A stretch of 64,000 nucleotides of DNA from Alphaproteobacteria bacterium. GTDB taxonomy: Bacteria > Pseudomonadota > Alphaproteobacteria > SP197. Shown piece by piece: positions 41,994-54,071 of the stretch. Within the stretch, counting starts at the first letter, position 1. Every line of letters begins with the position of its first letter. The notes under the pieces were generated by a model. It was not told where the DNA came from, made no database searches, and saw only the letters and a list, made by a program, of their open reading frames with translations. Location: NCBI GenBank assembly GCA_964291415.2, contig OZ219918.1, positions 512,001-576,000 of the forward strand, read 5' to 3'. The position numbers and the translations under genes are program-made.

Positions 41994-43385
41994 ATGGCCG
42001 AACGTGACTTCGATGTTGTGGTCATTGGCGCCGGCCCGGGAGGCTACGTCTGCGCCATCCGCTGCGCCCAGCTCGGGCTCAGGACCGCCTGCGTCGACAA
42101 GCGTGCGACGCTTGGCGGCACGTGTCTCAACATCGGCTGCATTCCCTCGAAGGCGCTCCTGCAGTCATCCGAACTCTTCGAGCAGACGGCTCACCTCAAG
42201 AGCCACGGCATTCTGCCCGGTGAAGTCGGTCTCGATCTTTCCGCCATGATGGCGCGCAAGGACAAGGTGGTGACGACGCTCACCAAGGGCATCGCTGCGC
42301 TTTTCCGAAAGAACGGCATCACGCATCTTTCGGGAACCGGCCGCATCCTCGATTCCCACACCGTCGATGTCGATGGCAACTCCGTCACCGCGGACCACAT
42401 CGTCATCGCCACGGGCTCGGACCATGCGACTCTTCCCGGCATCGAGATCGACGAGAAGCGGGTCGTGTCGTCGACGGGCGCCCTGTCGCTCGCCGAGGTG
42501 CCCCGGAGCATGATTGTTATCGGCGCCGGTTTCATCGGTCTGGAAATGGGGTCCGTGTGGCGGCGTCTCGGTACCAGGGTCACGGTGGTCGAGTACCTCG
42601 ACCGCATTGTCCCCGGCATGGATGGCGAGATCGCCGGGCAGTTCCAGAAACTGTTGCGGCGCCAGGGGCTCGTGTTCCGTCTTGCCAGCCAGGTGACTGC
42701 CGTGACTCCGGGCAAGGACGATGTCGAAGTCACCCTGGAGCCGGCCGGGGGCGGCTCGTCGGAGACCCTGACGACGGAGATCGTGCTGGTCAGCATCGGC
42801 CGCAAGCCCTTCACCGAAGGTCTTGGCCTTGCCGAGGCCGGTGTCGCCACCGACGACAAGGGGCGCATCAAGGTGGATGGCCGTTTTGCCACCAGTCAGC
42901 CTGGAATCCATGCCATCGGCGACTGCGTTGCCGGAGCCATGCTCGCACACAAGGCCGAGGACGAGGGCATTGCCGTTGCCGAGACCCTGGCCGGCGGTGC
43001 GGGGCACGTCAATCACGATGTCATTCCTGGCGTCGTCTACACGAGTCCCGAGGCGGCGTCGGTCGGCAAGACGGAAGAGGAATTGCAGGCCGCCGGTGTG
43101 GACTACGTTGCCGGGCGCTTTCCCATGATCGCCAACTCCAGGGCGCGCACCTACGACGAGACGGCGGGAATGGTGAAGGTTCTCGCCGACAGGTCGACCG
43201 ACCGGGTGCTGGGAGTGCATATTCTCGGAACGGCCGCCGGCGAACTGATCGCCGAGGCCGCGGTCGCCATGGAGTTCGGCGCATCGTCGGAAGACCTGGC
43301 CCGCACCTGCCATGCCCATCCGACATTCTCCGAGGCCGTCCGCGAGGCAGCGCTCGCCGTCGACGGTCGCGCCATACACGCCTGA
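41994..43385 (+). CDS. lpdA: Dihydrolipoamide dehydrogenase
   Basis: GAGPGGY, GGTCLNIGCIPSK, HAHPTFSE. Confidence 0.98.
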   Translation: MAERDFDVVVIGAGPGGYVCAIRCAQLGLRTACVDKRATLGGTCLNIGCIPSKALLQSSELFEQTAHLKSHGILPGEVGLDLSAMMARKDKVVTTLTKGIAALFRKNGITHLSGTGRILDSHTVDVDGNSVTADHIVIATGSDHATLPGIEIDEKRVVSSTGALSLAEVPRSMIVIGAGFIGLEMGSVWRRLGTRVTVVEYLDRIVPGMDGEIAGQFQKLLRRQGLVFRLASQVTAVTPGKDDVEVTLEPAGGGSSETLTTEIVLVSIGRKPFTEGLGLAEAGVATDDKGRIKVDGRFATSQPGIHAIGDCVAGAMLAHKAEDEGIAVAETLAGGAGHVNHDVIPGVVYTSPEAASVGKTEEELQAAGVDYVAGRFPMIANSRARTYDETAGMVKVLADRSTDRVLGVHILGTAAGELIAEAAVAMEFGASSEDLARTCHAHPTFSEAVREAALAVDGRAIHA

Positions 43386-43392
43386 CGGTCGC

Positions 43393-44367
43393 TCAGGCCC
43401 GTGGATGGGCCTTCTGGTAGACCTCGAGGAGACCGCCGGCGTCGATACGGGTGTAGCGTTGGGTCGTTGTCAGGCTGGCATGGCCGAGCAGTTCCTGAAT
43501 GGTCCTCAGATCCACGCCGTTGCCGAGGAGGTGGGTGGCAAAGCTGTGGCGCATGGCATGGGGAGTCGCGGTCGCGGGAAGACCGAGGCGTTTCCTCAGT
43601 TCCCGGAAGCGCTTCTGGGCGACGCCTGGATTGAGCCGGCCGCCGCGGGTGCCGATGAAGAGGGGGCTTTCCGGTGGCGCTCCGTCGGGGCGATGACGCA
43701 GGTAATCCAGCAGCGCTTCCCTGACCCGCGGGAGCAACGGCACCATGCGCGCCTTGTTCCCCTTGCCGACGATTCGCAGGGTCTCGCTGCCGGAAATGTC
43801 CCTGACATCGAGAGCCAGCGCTTCCCCCAGTCTCAATCCGCCACCGTAGAGCAGCATCATGAGGGCGAGATCGCGTTTGCCGATCCAGACCCTCGTTGCC
43901 GAATCCTCCGCGCAGGCCAGCACGTCGGTAGCCTCGTCCATGGTCAGCGGCCTTGGCACCTGCCGCGGAACCCTTGAAGCCCGCGCATTGTGGATTGCAG
44001 GATTGGACACCACGCCCTGCCGATCGAGGTACTGGAAGAAGCTCTTCACGGCTGAGAGGGCCCGGGACGTCGATGTTCTGGCGAGGCCGCGCGCTGCCCG
44101 GCTGGCGAGCCACGATCGCAGGTCGCCATGGTCGAGGGAACCCAGTGTCGAAAGGCGTGTTTCCTCACCGTGGTGGTCGGCCATGAAGGCGACGAACTCC
44201 CTGAGGTCGCGGTGGTAGGCAACGACGGTGTTGTGCGCGAGGCGACGCTCGGACGCCAGCTGCTCAAGCCACGCTGCCGCCAGTCCTGCCACCTCTCCGG
44301 TGACGGCACGTGGCGCGGCGGGGTCCGGATGTGAGTTGTCCTGTGCCGGTGTCGTCCGGCTCCCCAT
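43393..44367 (-). CDS. xerC: Tyrosine recombinase XerC
   Basis: LYGGGLR..E, GKGNK.R, TPHAMRHSFATHLL, LGH.SL.TTQRYT; usual alphaproteobacterial position next to lpdA. Confidence 0.92.
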   Translation of the reverse strand: MGSRTTPAQDNSHPDPAAPRAVTGEVAGLAAAWLEQLASERRLAHNTVVAYHRDLREFVAFMADHHGEETRLSTLGSLDHGDLRSWLASRAARGLARTSTSRALSAVKSFFQYLDRQGVVSNPAIHNARASRVPRQVPRPLTMDEATDVLACAEDSATRVWIGKRDLALMMLLYGGGLRLGEALALDVRDISGSETLRIVGKGNKARMVPLLPRVREALLDYLRHRPDGAPPESPLFIGTRGGRLNPGVAQKRFRELRKRLGLPATATPHAMRHSFATHLLGNGVDLRTIQELLGHASLTTTQRYTRIDAGGLLEVYQKAHPRA

Positions 44368-44370
44368 GGA

Positions 44371-45036
44371 TCAGGATCCCTTGAGGATGGTCTGGCCCGT
44401 CTTCTTCCAGTCCGTCAGGAAGGCCTCGAGACCCTTGGAGGTCAGCGGGTGATCCACCAGCCGGCGCAGCACGCCAGGTGGAAGCGTGGCGACGTCGGCG
44501 CCCGAAAGTGCCGCCTGACGCAGGTGGGCCGGCGAACGGATCGATGCGACGAGAATGCGCGTGTCGAGCTCGGGATAGTTGTCATAGACCTCGCGGATAT
44601 CGTCGATGAGCTCCATTCCGTCGTGACCGATGTCGTCGAGTCGGCCGACAAAGGGAGAGATGAAGGCTGCTCCCGCCTTGGCGGCGAGCAGGGCCTGGTT
44701 GACGGAAAAACACAAGGTGACATTGACCGCAGTACCGTCATCGCTCAGCGCCTTGCACGTCTTGAGCCCGTCCCAGGTCAAGGGCACCTTGACGGTGATG
44801 TTGGGGGCGAGTTCGGCGAGACCCTGCCCCTCGGCCAGCATGGTGTCGAAGTCGGTGGCGGTCACCTCGACACTCACCGGGCCGCTGACCACCGTGCAGA
44901 TGTCGTCGATGACATCCCTGAAGTGACGGCCGGTCTTGGCGATGAGCGACGGGTTGGTGGTGACGCCATCCACCATGCCGGTAGCAGCGAGATCGCGGAT
45001 CTCGTCCACATCAGCCGTATCGACAAAGAACTGCAT
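44371..45036 (-). CDS. tal: Transaldolase / fructose-6-phosphate aldolase family
   Basis: [39 protein letters not shown]. Confidence 0.93.
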   Translation of the reverse strand: MQFFVDTADVDEIRDLAATGMVDGVTTNPSLIAKTGRHFRDVIDDICTVVSGPVSVEVTATDFDTMLAEGQGLAELAPNITVKVPLTWDGLKTCKALSDDGTAVNVTLCFSVNQALLAAKAGAAFISPFVGRLDDIGHDGMELIDDIREVYDNYPELDTRILVASIRSPAHLRQAALSGADVATLPPGVLRRLVDHPLTSKGLEAFLTDWKKTGQTILKGS

Positions 45037-45123
45037 GCCGGCGCACCTTCACTGTCTGCAACGAGTCGCGGTCTGGACGGCAGGTGTTCCAACCGGTTGC
45101 CGTCCTCTGGCAGAGTGTAGCGG

Positions 45124-47307
45124 ATGGCCGACAAGGACGCCACAGCCCGGGACACGATCCAGGTCCTCCTGCCCCTGCCGGTGCCCGGGCCCTACGACTA
45201 CCATGTCCCCGAGGGCGTCGAGGCGCCCGTCGGCGCCATTGTACGTGTTCCGCTGGGAAGCAGGATCGTCACGGGCGTCGTGTGGGGACACGAGAGCCCC
45301 GATGTCGATCGCGCCCGCCTGCGTCCCATGGCGGGCCTGTGGGATGTGCCGCCTCTCAAGCGATCCCTCCTCAGGTTCGTGACCTGGGTGGCCCGTTACA
45401 CGGTCAACGCCGAAGGAGCCGTTCTGCGCATGGTGTTGAGGTCGCGCGAAGCGCTCGAGCCACCGCCAGGACGCCGGGCGCTGCAACTCGCCGGTGCACC
45501 GCCCGAGAGAATCACCCCGCAGCGCCAGCGCGTTCTTTCCCTGATGGCCGACGGTTCGCCAAGGCCGGTCGGCGAACTGGCGGCCGAAGCGGGAGTGAGC
45601 GTGGCCGTGCTCAAGGGTCTCGTGGAGACGGGCAGCCTCGAGCCCGTCCTCATTCCCCCGGCGCCGGCTTATGCGCCTCCTGATCCCGGGGCTCCGGGTC
45701 CGAGGCTCAGGGCCGACCAGCGGACCGCGGCCGCAAGTCTCGCCTCGACGCTCGACAGCAACACCTTCACACCCACCCTTCTCGAGGGCGTGACCGGATC
45801 GGGGAAGACAGAAGTCTACTTCGACGCCATCGCGAGGGTTCTGGCAACCGGGCGTCAGGTGCTGGTGCTGCTGCCGGAGATCGCTCTCAGCGCCCAGTTC
45901 CTGAATCGCTTCGAGGAACGGTTCCGGGCGCCGCCCGCCATCTGGCATTCCGATGTGCCGCGCTCGCGGCGTCATCCGGTGTGGCGAGGAGCGGCTACCG
46001 GAGAGGTGCGCATAGTCGTCGGCGCGCGCTCGGCCCTCTTTCTGCCCTTCCGGGATCTCGGTCTGATCGTTGTCGACGAGGAACACGACAGTTCGTACAA
46101 GCAGGAGGACGGTGTCTGCTATCACGCCCGGGACATGGCGATCGTGCGGGCCCACCTGGAGACCATCCCGATCATCCTGTGTTCGGCGACACCCTCAATC
46201 GAGACACTCGTCAACGTGGATCGTGGCCGCTTCAGGCGCGTTGAACTCAAGGCACGCCATGCCGGAGCCCTGTTGCCGGACATCCGCACCGTCGACATGA
46301 CCACGGCCGGAATCGCCCGAGGCAGCTGGCTTTCCGGTCCGCTTGTCCGGGCAATGACGGCTCGCCTCGAAGCAGGCGAGCAGACACTGCTCTTCCTCAA
46401 CCGCCGCGGCTACGCGCCCCTGACGCTGTGCCGGGCGTGCGGTCACCGGTTCTCCTGCCCGGACTGCACCGCGTGGCTGGTGGAGCACCGGTACCTCGCG
46501 CGGTTGCAGTGCCATCACTGCGGCCGCTGGATACCCCGGCCGCAGGCATGCCCTGTCTGCGAGCAGTCCGATTGCCTCGTGGCGTGCGGACCTGGCGTCG
46601 AACGCCTCGACGAGGAGGTGGCGCGCCGGTTTCCCGATGCCCGCCGGGAGGTGATGACATCCGATACCCTCGCCGGACCGCATGCCGTGGCCGATCTGGT
46701 GAGGCGGATCGAGAGCGGCGGTCTCGATATCCTCATCGGCACGCAGATTGCCGCCAAGGGTCATCACTTCCCCCTGCTGACTCTGGTCGGTGTTGTCGAT
46801 GCCGACCTCGGCCTTCATGGCGGTGATCCCAGGGCGATGGAACGCACCTGGCAGTTGCTTCACCAGGTGGCCGGCAGAGCCGGGCGCGAAGAGCGTCCCG
46901 GCGAGGCGTTCCTCCAGACATGGGATCCCGCCCATCCCGTGATGCACGCTCTGCAAACCGGAGCACGGGACGCCTTCATCGAGCGCGAGAAAAGGGAACG
47001 CGAAAAGGGCGGCATGCCGCCCTATGGCCGCCTCGCAGCCGTCATTGTTTCCGGCACCCGGGAGGAGGACGTGCGTTCCCTTGCCCTCTTCCTCGCCCGC
47101 AAGGCGCCTTCGGCGCCGGATATCCGGACCCTTGGTCCGGCACCGGCGCCGCTCGCCATCCTGCGCGGCCGTCACCGCTGGCGCCTTCTGGTCAAGGCGT
47201 CGGCGGAAGCACCGCTGCAGCGTGCCCTGCGCACATGGCTCGATCCGGTTCGCCTCAAGGGTGATCTGCGCCTCCAGATCGACGTCGATCCGCAGAGCTT
47301 CATGTGA
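45124..47307 (+). CDS. priA: Primosomal protein N'
   Basis: GVTGSGKTEVY, DEEH, LNRRGY, four CxxC, QVAGRAGR, IDVDP. Confidence 0.97.
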   Translation: MADKDATARDTIQVLLPLPVPGPYDYHVPEGVEAPVGAIVRVPLGSRIVTGVVWGHESPDVDRARLRPMAGLWDVPPLKRSLLRFVTWVARYTVNAEGAVLRMVLRSREALEPPPGRRALQLAGAPPERITPQRQRVLSLMADGSPRPVGELAAEAGVSVAVLKGLVETGSLEPVLIPPAPAYAPPDPGAPGPRLRADQRTAAASLASTLDSNTFTPTLLEGVTGSGKTEVYFDAIARVLATGRQVLVLLPEIALSAQFLNRFEERFRAPPAIWHSDVPRSRRHPVWRGAATGEVRIVVGARSALFLPFRDLGLIVVDEEHDSSYKQEDGVCYHARDMAIVRAHLETIPIILCSATPSIETLVNVDRGRFRRVELKARHAGALLPDIRTVDMTTAGIARGSWLSGPLVRAMTARLEAGEQTLLFLNRRGYAPLTLCRACGHRFSCPDCTAWLVEHRYLARLQCHHCGRWIPRPQACPVCEQSDCLVACGPGVERLDEEVARRFPDARREVMTSDTLAGPHAVADLVRRIESGGLDILIGTQIAAKGHHFPLLTLVGVVDADLGLHGGDPRAMERTWQLLHQVAGRAGREERPGEAFLQTWDPAHPVMHALQTGARDAFIEREKREREKGGMPPYGRLAAVIVSGTREEDVRSLALFLARKAPSAPDIRTLGPAPAPLAILRGRHRWRLLVKASAEAPLQRALRTWLDPVRLKGDLRLQIDVDPQSFM

Positions 47308-47548
47308 ACAGCCCGCGAAAGCGAGGTTCCGCAGGTCTTCGTTTTCGGGAGCACTCATCAGGGCAACGCTGACGGCCGCGAGTGCCCTGATGCCGGGCAT
47401 GTGCGAGCCTCACCTCGCGGCGATCCGCCTTGCACCCGGAGTCCTGCTGTGCTACCCCATCGCCCGCTTCCCGCCCGCAACGGGGCGAAAGCCCCGGCAT
47501 GTTCCGGGAGCACCCACTTCCTGTCTGATTGGATGAGGGCTGACGGGT

Positions 47549-48109
47549 TTGGCCTCCGACAACCATGCAGTAACCGGTCTTTCGGGACGCTACGCACGGG
47601 CGCTCTACGAGCTTGCCGGGGAGGCGGGCGAACTCGATCGGGTGGCCGACGATCTGCGTGCGATCACGCGCGCTCTCGAGGATTCGCCCGATCTGCGCCG
47701 CCTTGTCAAAAGCCCGCTGCTGTCCCGTGACGAACAGGGTCGCGCCATGGCCGGTGTGCTCGAGGCCATGGGGTCCGGGACACTGGTTCGCAACACGGTC
47801 GGCGTGCTGGCTCAGGCTAGACGACTGCATGCCCTGAAGGATGTCGCTTCTGACTTCCTGCGTCTCAATGCCCTGCGGCGCGGCGAGACCACGGCCGAGG
47901 TGACATCGGCGCGGCCCTTGAGTGACGGGGAACTGGCCCGCCTGCGGGAAGCCCTGGGGCGAATTGTCAGGCGTGATGTCACGATTGAACCCAGCGTCGA
48001 TCCGTCAGTGATCGGCGGACTCGTGGTCACCATCGGATCGCGCATGATGGACAGCACCATACGTACCAAACTTCAACGTCTCGAGCTTGCGATGAAGGGG
48101 ACCGGCTGA
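47549..48109 (+). CDS. atpH: ATP synthase F1 delta subunit (TTG start)
   Basis: [31 protein letters not shown]. Confidence 0.95.
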   Translation: MASDNHAVTGLSGRYARALYELAGEAGELDRVADDLRAITRALEDSPDLRRLVKSPLLSRDEQGRAMAGVLEAMGSGTLVRNTVGVLAQARRLHALKDVASDFLRLNALRRGETTAEVTSARPLSDGELARLREALGRIVRRDVTIEPSVDPSVIGGLVVTIGSRMMDSTIRTKLQRLELAMKGTG

Positions 48110-49641
48110 TGGATATCCGTGCCGCCGAGATTTCTTCCATTATCAGGGAACAGATTGCCAGTTTCGGCGCCGAAGCGGAGGTGTCGGAGGTCGGCCGGGT
48201 CCTGTCGGTGGGCGACGGTATCGCCCGGGTCTACGGCCTGGACAATGTGCAGGCCGGCGAGATGGTCGAGTTCCCAGGAGGCGTCCAGGGGATGGCGCTC
48301 AATCTCGAGACCGACAATGTCGGCATCGTGATCTTTGGCAGCGACCGGGACATCGTCGAGGGCGACACCGTCAAGAGGACCGGTTCGATCGTCGATGTGC
48401 CCGTGGGCAAGGGTCTTCTCGGACGCGTTGTCGATGCGCTGGGCCGGCCGATCGACGGCGCCGGCGCCATCGAACACGACGAACGCCGGCGCATCGAGGT
48501 CAAGGCGCCGGGCATCATTCCCCGCGAGTCGGTCAGTGAGCCGATGCAGACCGGTCTCAAGGCCCTGGACGCCCTGGTGCCGATCGGCCGCGGTCAACGC
48601 GAGCTCATCATCGGCGACCGGCAGACCGGCAAGACGGCTGTGGCCGTCGATACCATCATCAACCAGAAGCAGAACTGGGATTCGGGCGACGAGACCCGAA
48701 GGCTCTACTGCGTTTATGTCGCCGTCGGCCAGAAGCGTTCGACGGTGGCCCAGATCGTCAAGTCGCTCGAGGATCACGGCGCCATGGAGTACACGACCAT
48801 TGTCGCCGCCACGGCGTCCGATCCGGCGCCAATGCAGTTTCTGGCTCCCTACAGCGGTTGCGCCATTGGCGAGTACTACCGTGACAACGGCATGCACGCC
48901 CTCGTCATCTACGACGATCTGTCGAAGCAGGCCGTCTCCTACAGGCAGGTCTCCCTGCTGTTGCGCCGGCCGCCGGGCCGCGAAGCCTACCCGGGCGACG
49001 TGTTCTACCTCCATTCGCGACTGCTCGAACGGGCGGCCAAGATGAACGGGGATTTCGGCGGCGGATCACTGACCGCACTGCCGGTGGTCGAGACCCAGGC
49101 TTCCGACGTGTCGGCCTACATTCCAACCAACGTCATCTCGATCACCGACGGACAGATCTTTCTCGAATCGGAACTTTTCTACCAGGGCATCCGGCCGGCC
49201 ATCAATGTCGGGATCTCGGTGTCGCGGGTTGGCTCGGCGGCGCAGACCAAGGCGATGAAGAAGGTCGCCGGATCGATCAAGCTCGAACTTGCGCAGTACC
49301 GGGAAATGGCGGCCTTTGCCCAGTTCGCCTCGGACCTTGATGCCTCGACACAGAGGCTTCTGGCGCGTGGAGAACGGTTGACCGAACTCCTCAAGCAGGA
49401 CCAGTACAGGCCCATGGCCGTGGAGGATCAGGTCGTCGTCATCTTCGCCGGCGTGAACGGCTATCTCGACGGCATCGCACCGTCTGCCGTCACACGCTAT
49501 GAACAGGCCATGCTTGCCGCGGTGCGCGACAAGGGCGCCGACATGCTTGCCGATATCCGCTCGAGCGGTGCGCTATCCGACGGGACGGCGGACAAGCTCA
49601 AGGCCTTTCTCGATGATTTCACCGGATCGTTCGCGGCCTGA
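48109..49641 (+). CDS. atpA: ATP synthase F1 alpha subunit
   Basis: [31 protein letters not shown]. Confidence 0.99.
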   Translation: MDIRAAEISSIIREQIASFGAEAEVSEVGRVLSVGDGIARVYGLDNVQAGEMVEFPGGVQGMALNLETDNVGIVIFGSDRDIVEGDTVKRTGSIVDVPVGKGLLGRVVDALGRPIDGAGAIEHDERRRIEVKAPGIIPRESVSEPMQTGLKALDALVPIGRGQRELIIGDRQTGKTAVAVDTIINQKQNWDSGDETRRLYCVYVAVGQKRSTVAQIVKSLEDHGAMEYTTIVAATASDPAPMQFLAPYSGCAIGEYYRDNGMHALVIYDDLSKQAVSYRQVSLLLRRPPGREAYPGDVFYLHSRLLERAAKMNGDFGGGSLTALPVVETQASDVSAYIPTNVISITDGQIFLESELFYQGIRPAINVGISVSRVGSAAQTKAMKKVAGSIKLELAQYREMAAFAQFASDLDASTQRLLARGERLTELLKQDQYRPMAVEDQVVVIFAGVNGYLDGIAPSAVTRYEQAMLAAVRDKGADMLADIRSSGALSDGTADKLKAFLDDFTGSFAA

Positions 49642-49660
49642 TCGCGCATCCTGAACGGCC

Positions 49661-51989
<2,329 letters not shown>

Positions 51990-51993
51990 CGTC

Positions 51994-52401
51994 ATGGCCG
52001 GCAGGGTCAACTTCGAGCTGGTGAGTCCGGAACGCATTCTCGTCTCGGACACCTTCGACATGATCGTGATACCCGGAGGCGATGGAGACATCGGCGTGCT
52101 GCCCGATCATGCACCGCTGATCTCCACCATCCGTCCGGGCGTGATCGACATCCATGACGACGGCAAGGTGGCGCATCAGGTCTTCGTCGCAGGAGGCTTT
52201 GCCGAGGTCCTGCCCGACCGTTGCACCGTGCTGGCCGAAAAGGCGCTCATGGTGGCCAGTATCGATGCCGGAGACGTTCGTGCCCGGATCGAGGCTGCCG
52301 AACTCGACCTGCGCGATGCTGAAAGCGACGCCGACCGCACACGGGCCGAGGGCGAACTCGCGATCCTCAACGCCATGCTCGAGGCCGTCCCGGACTCCTG
52401 A
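51994..52401 (+). CDS. atpC: ATP synthase F1 epsilon subunit
   Basis: FELVSPER, PG..GD.GVLP.HAP, GGFAEV. Confidence 0.96.
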   Translation: MAGRVNFELVSPERILVSDTFDMIVIPGGDGDIGVLPDHAPLISTIRPGVIDIHDDGKVAHQVFVAGGFAEVLPDRCTVLAEKALMVASIDAGDVRARIEAAELDLRDAESDADRTRAEGELAILNAMLEAVPDS

Positions 52402-52556
52402 GCACGCGTTGCGGCTGAAGGGCGCGTCCCGCTTTGATCAGGTCGAGTCACTTCGGCCGTCTTCCAGCGTTGTTGTCTTCGGCGCGAACCGAATGACATG
52501 CGCTCAGGAGGCCGGAACCGCCATGGACCGTGCTTCTGTTGGAGTTTTCGGGCGGC

Positions 52557-52726
52557 AGGATCGATCACCTTGAGGATGGGAGATTTCGGAAAGTCCAGAT
52601 CAAGGGTGTAGGCGGTCCGCACTTCGTGGATGCACAGTAGAACTATAGGGGGCGCATCCCGGCGAGATTGCTTCACGCAACCACGTCGTTGGCAGCGATC
52701 AAGCACGCTCCCTCCATCTCCGAAAC
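52557..52726 (-). pseudogene. vapC: Decayed 3' half of a VapC (PIN) toxin
   Basis: Manual translation: VSEMEG....ANDVVA*SNLA, frameshift, RDA...LL..HEVRTAYTLDLDF.K..ILKVIDP. This resembles the GN...DA......H.V...YT.D.DF....L.V.DP C-terminus of VapC toxins; in-frame TGA at 52673-52675. Confidence 0.6.
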
Positions 52727-52727
52727 A

Positions 52728-52748
52728 AAGGACCGTGAAGCCGGTCAC
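52728..52748 (-). pseudogene. 7-codon stub of a second PIN toxin gene
   Basis: GTG overlaps the HTH gene stop (GTGA) and reads MTGFTVL, like the M..FT.L.D start of PIN partners of excisionase-HTH genes; breaks off before the catalytic Asp. Confidence 0.4.
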
Positions 52749-53212
52749 CAAGAGCCATACCCCATGTCTCCGGTCTGGGCCTCGCGGGTCATATTCTCAA
52801 GAACCTGTTCGCGCTCGCGGTCGATGGCACTCTTGTAGGCCATGACATCTTCCATACGAATGCGGCGGTGCTTGCCGACCTTCCGATGCGGGATGATTTT
52901 CCTGTCGAGGAGCTTGATCAGGAAGGGGCGAGAGACGTTCAAAACGTCGGCTGCCTGGACCGTGGTCAGCTCCGCGCTTTCCGGGATCAGCGCAACGCCC
53001 CGTCCCGCGGCCATGGCTTCCAGGACACGCACGAGCAGGTCGACCGCACCGGCGGGAAGATCGATCGTCTGCTCCGCTTCGCTGTCCCTGATGACGCGCA
53101 GCTTCAGGGGCCGGTTCATCCCGCCATAGGGAGAAAGAGCCTCGTAAGTGCTTTGTGCGATCGCTGCATCCTGCGGCGTGGACGGGAACTGCCGGTGAGC
53201 AAACGTGTTCAT
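52745..53212 (-). CDS. Excisionase-like HTH_17 DNA-binding protein (antitoxin of HTH-PIN modules)
   Basis: ELTTVQAADVLNVSRPFLIKLL...IP..KVGKHRRI...DV.AYK; GGAGG RBS. Confidence 0.9.
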   Translation of the reverse strand: MNTFAHRQFPSTPQDAAIAQSTYEALSPYGGMNRPLKLRVIRDSEAEQTIDLPAGAVDLLVRVLEAMAAGRGVALIPESAELTTVQAADVLNVSRPFLIKLLDRKIIPHRKVGKHRRIRMEDVMAYKSAIDREREQVLENMTREAQTGDMGYGSW

Positions 53213-53250
53213 GTGTGCCTCCGGATAGGACGTGCTCGATCGAATCTCAC

Positions 53251-53279
53251 TCGATCAATGAAATAAATGCATTAATCGA
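53251..53279. promoter_or_regulatory. AT-rich inverted repeat, probable autoregulatory operator of the HTH gene
   Basis: TCGATCAATG-9 nt-CATTAATCGA (9/10 match), about 40 bp upstream of the start at 53212. Confidence 0.5.
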
Positions 53280-53356
53280 AGCAAACGACAATGGGCGCGG
53301 TACGGGACACTCTGCCGGTCCGGGAGAGTTCCGTTTCTTCAGACCGACGGTGTCAC

Positions 53357-53593
53357 TCAATTGGGACCGACGTCGAACAGCGCGTGTATTGCTTCCTTGT
53401 CGGTGACATCGACGCGAGCCTGCATGGCTTCGGCGTTCCAGTTCAGATCGGGTTCGACCGAATCGGCTCGGTACCTTGCGAGTGCGTCGGCCAGCAGTCT
53501 GGAGACGAGGCTGCCCAGGGAGCCTCCTTCGGTCTTCTGGAGCTGCTTCAACTCTTCCAGTATCGGGACAGGGATGTCGATGGTCACACGCAT
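53357..53593 (-). CDS. VapB-like ribbon-helix-helix antitoxin
   Basis: MRVTIDIP..ILEELKQLQK.EG.SLG.LVS.LLA.AL ... W.A..M.ARVD..DKEA. Confidence 0.75.
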   Translation of the reverse strand: MRVTIDIPVPILEELKQLQKTEGGSLGSLVSRLLADALARYRADSVEPDLNWNAEAMQARVDVTDKEAIHALFDVGPN

Positions 53594-53630
53594 GATGCGT
53601 GATGCTGTTTCGTATGGCGTCACGAGTCAA
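53594..53630 (-). promoter_or_regulatory. Putative promoter for a leaderless antitoxin transcript
   Basis: Minus strand: TTGACT (53630-53625), 17 bp, CAGCAT (53607-53602), 8 nt, ATG; tandem GCATCA repeats overlap the -10 and the start. Confidence 0.5.
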
Positions 53631-54071
53631 ACTCGCGCTCCAGCGAAGGGCTCGGCATGGCAGCCGCTGCCAAGTTCCGGACGTGTTGACGCCACGTGCA
53701 ACACGGTGCTTCACCGGTTCGCCGACGATGTCGCGATGATGCCCCCGGGGCCGTCTCAGCCGCCTTCTATGGTGCGAACCACGATTGCGCGAACGTGTCG
53801 TCTCGGGTGTGTCGCCATGCCGGATCCCCGGACTATGGGCCTCGCCTGATTGCGCCCGGGTAGTTTTCCATTGAGGACGAAAGCCGAATCCCGCGGTCAA
53901 GACAGACACCAGAAGCGCGAACTTCCAACATCTTGCATTCCAGCACGGGGCTTCGCCGGGAGTCGATTCCGCTATGGTTCGGGTGACCCGGATTGGTGAG
54001 GCTGCGGCGAAAATGGTAGAATGATGCAAATCAGGCACGAACGAAAACGTGCCGCAAGGGGAGGATTGGCC

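Noticed and set aside
43393-44367. Tyrosine recombinase as a prophage or island integrase
   Set aside because: Size, motifs and the lpdA-xerC-tal-priA context indicate housekeeping XerC.
52176-52751. 191-aa ORF as an intact PIN toxin
   Set aside because: It is a chimera of a short stub, a decayed VapC tail and atpC antisense sequence, and lacks the N-terminal catalytic Asp.
53845-53890. Hammerhead-like string (CTGATT...TGAGGACGAAA)
   Set aside because: No CUGANGA directly before a stem II, and no convincing stems I and III.
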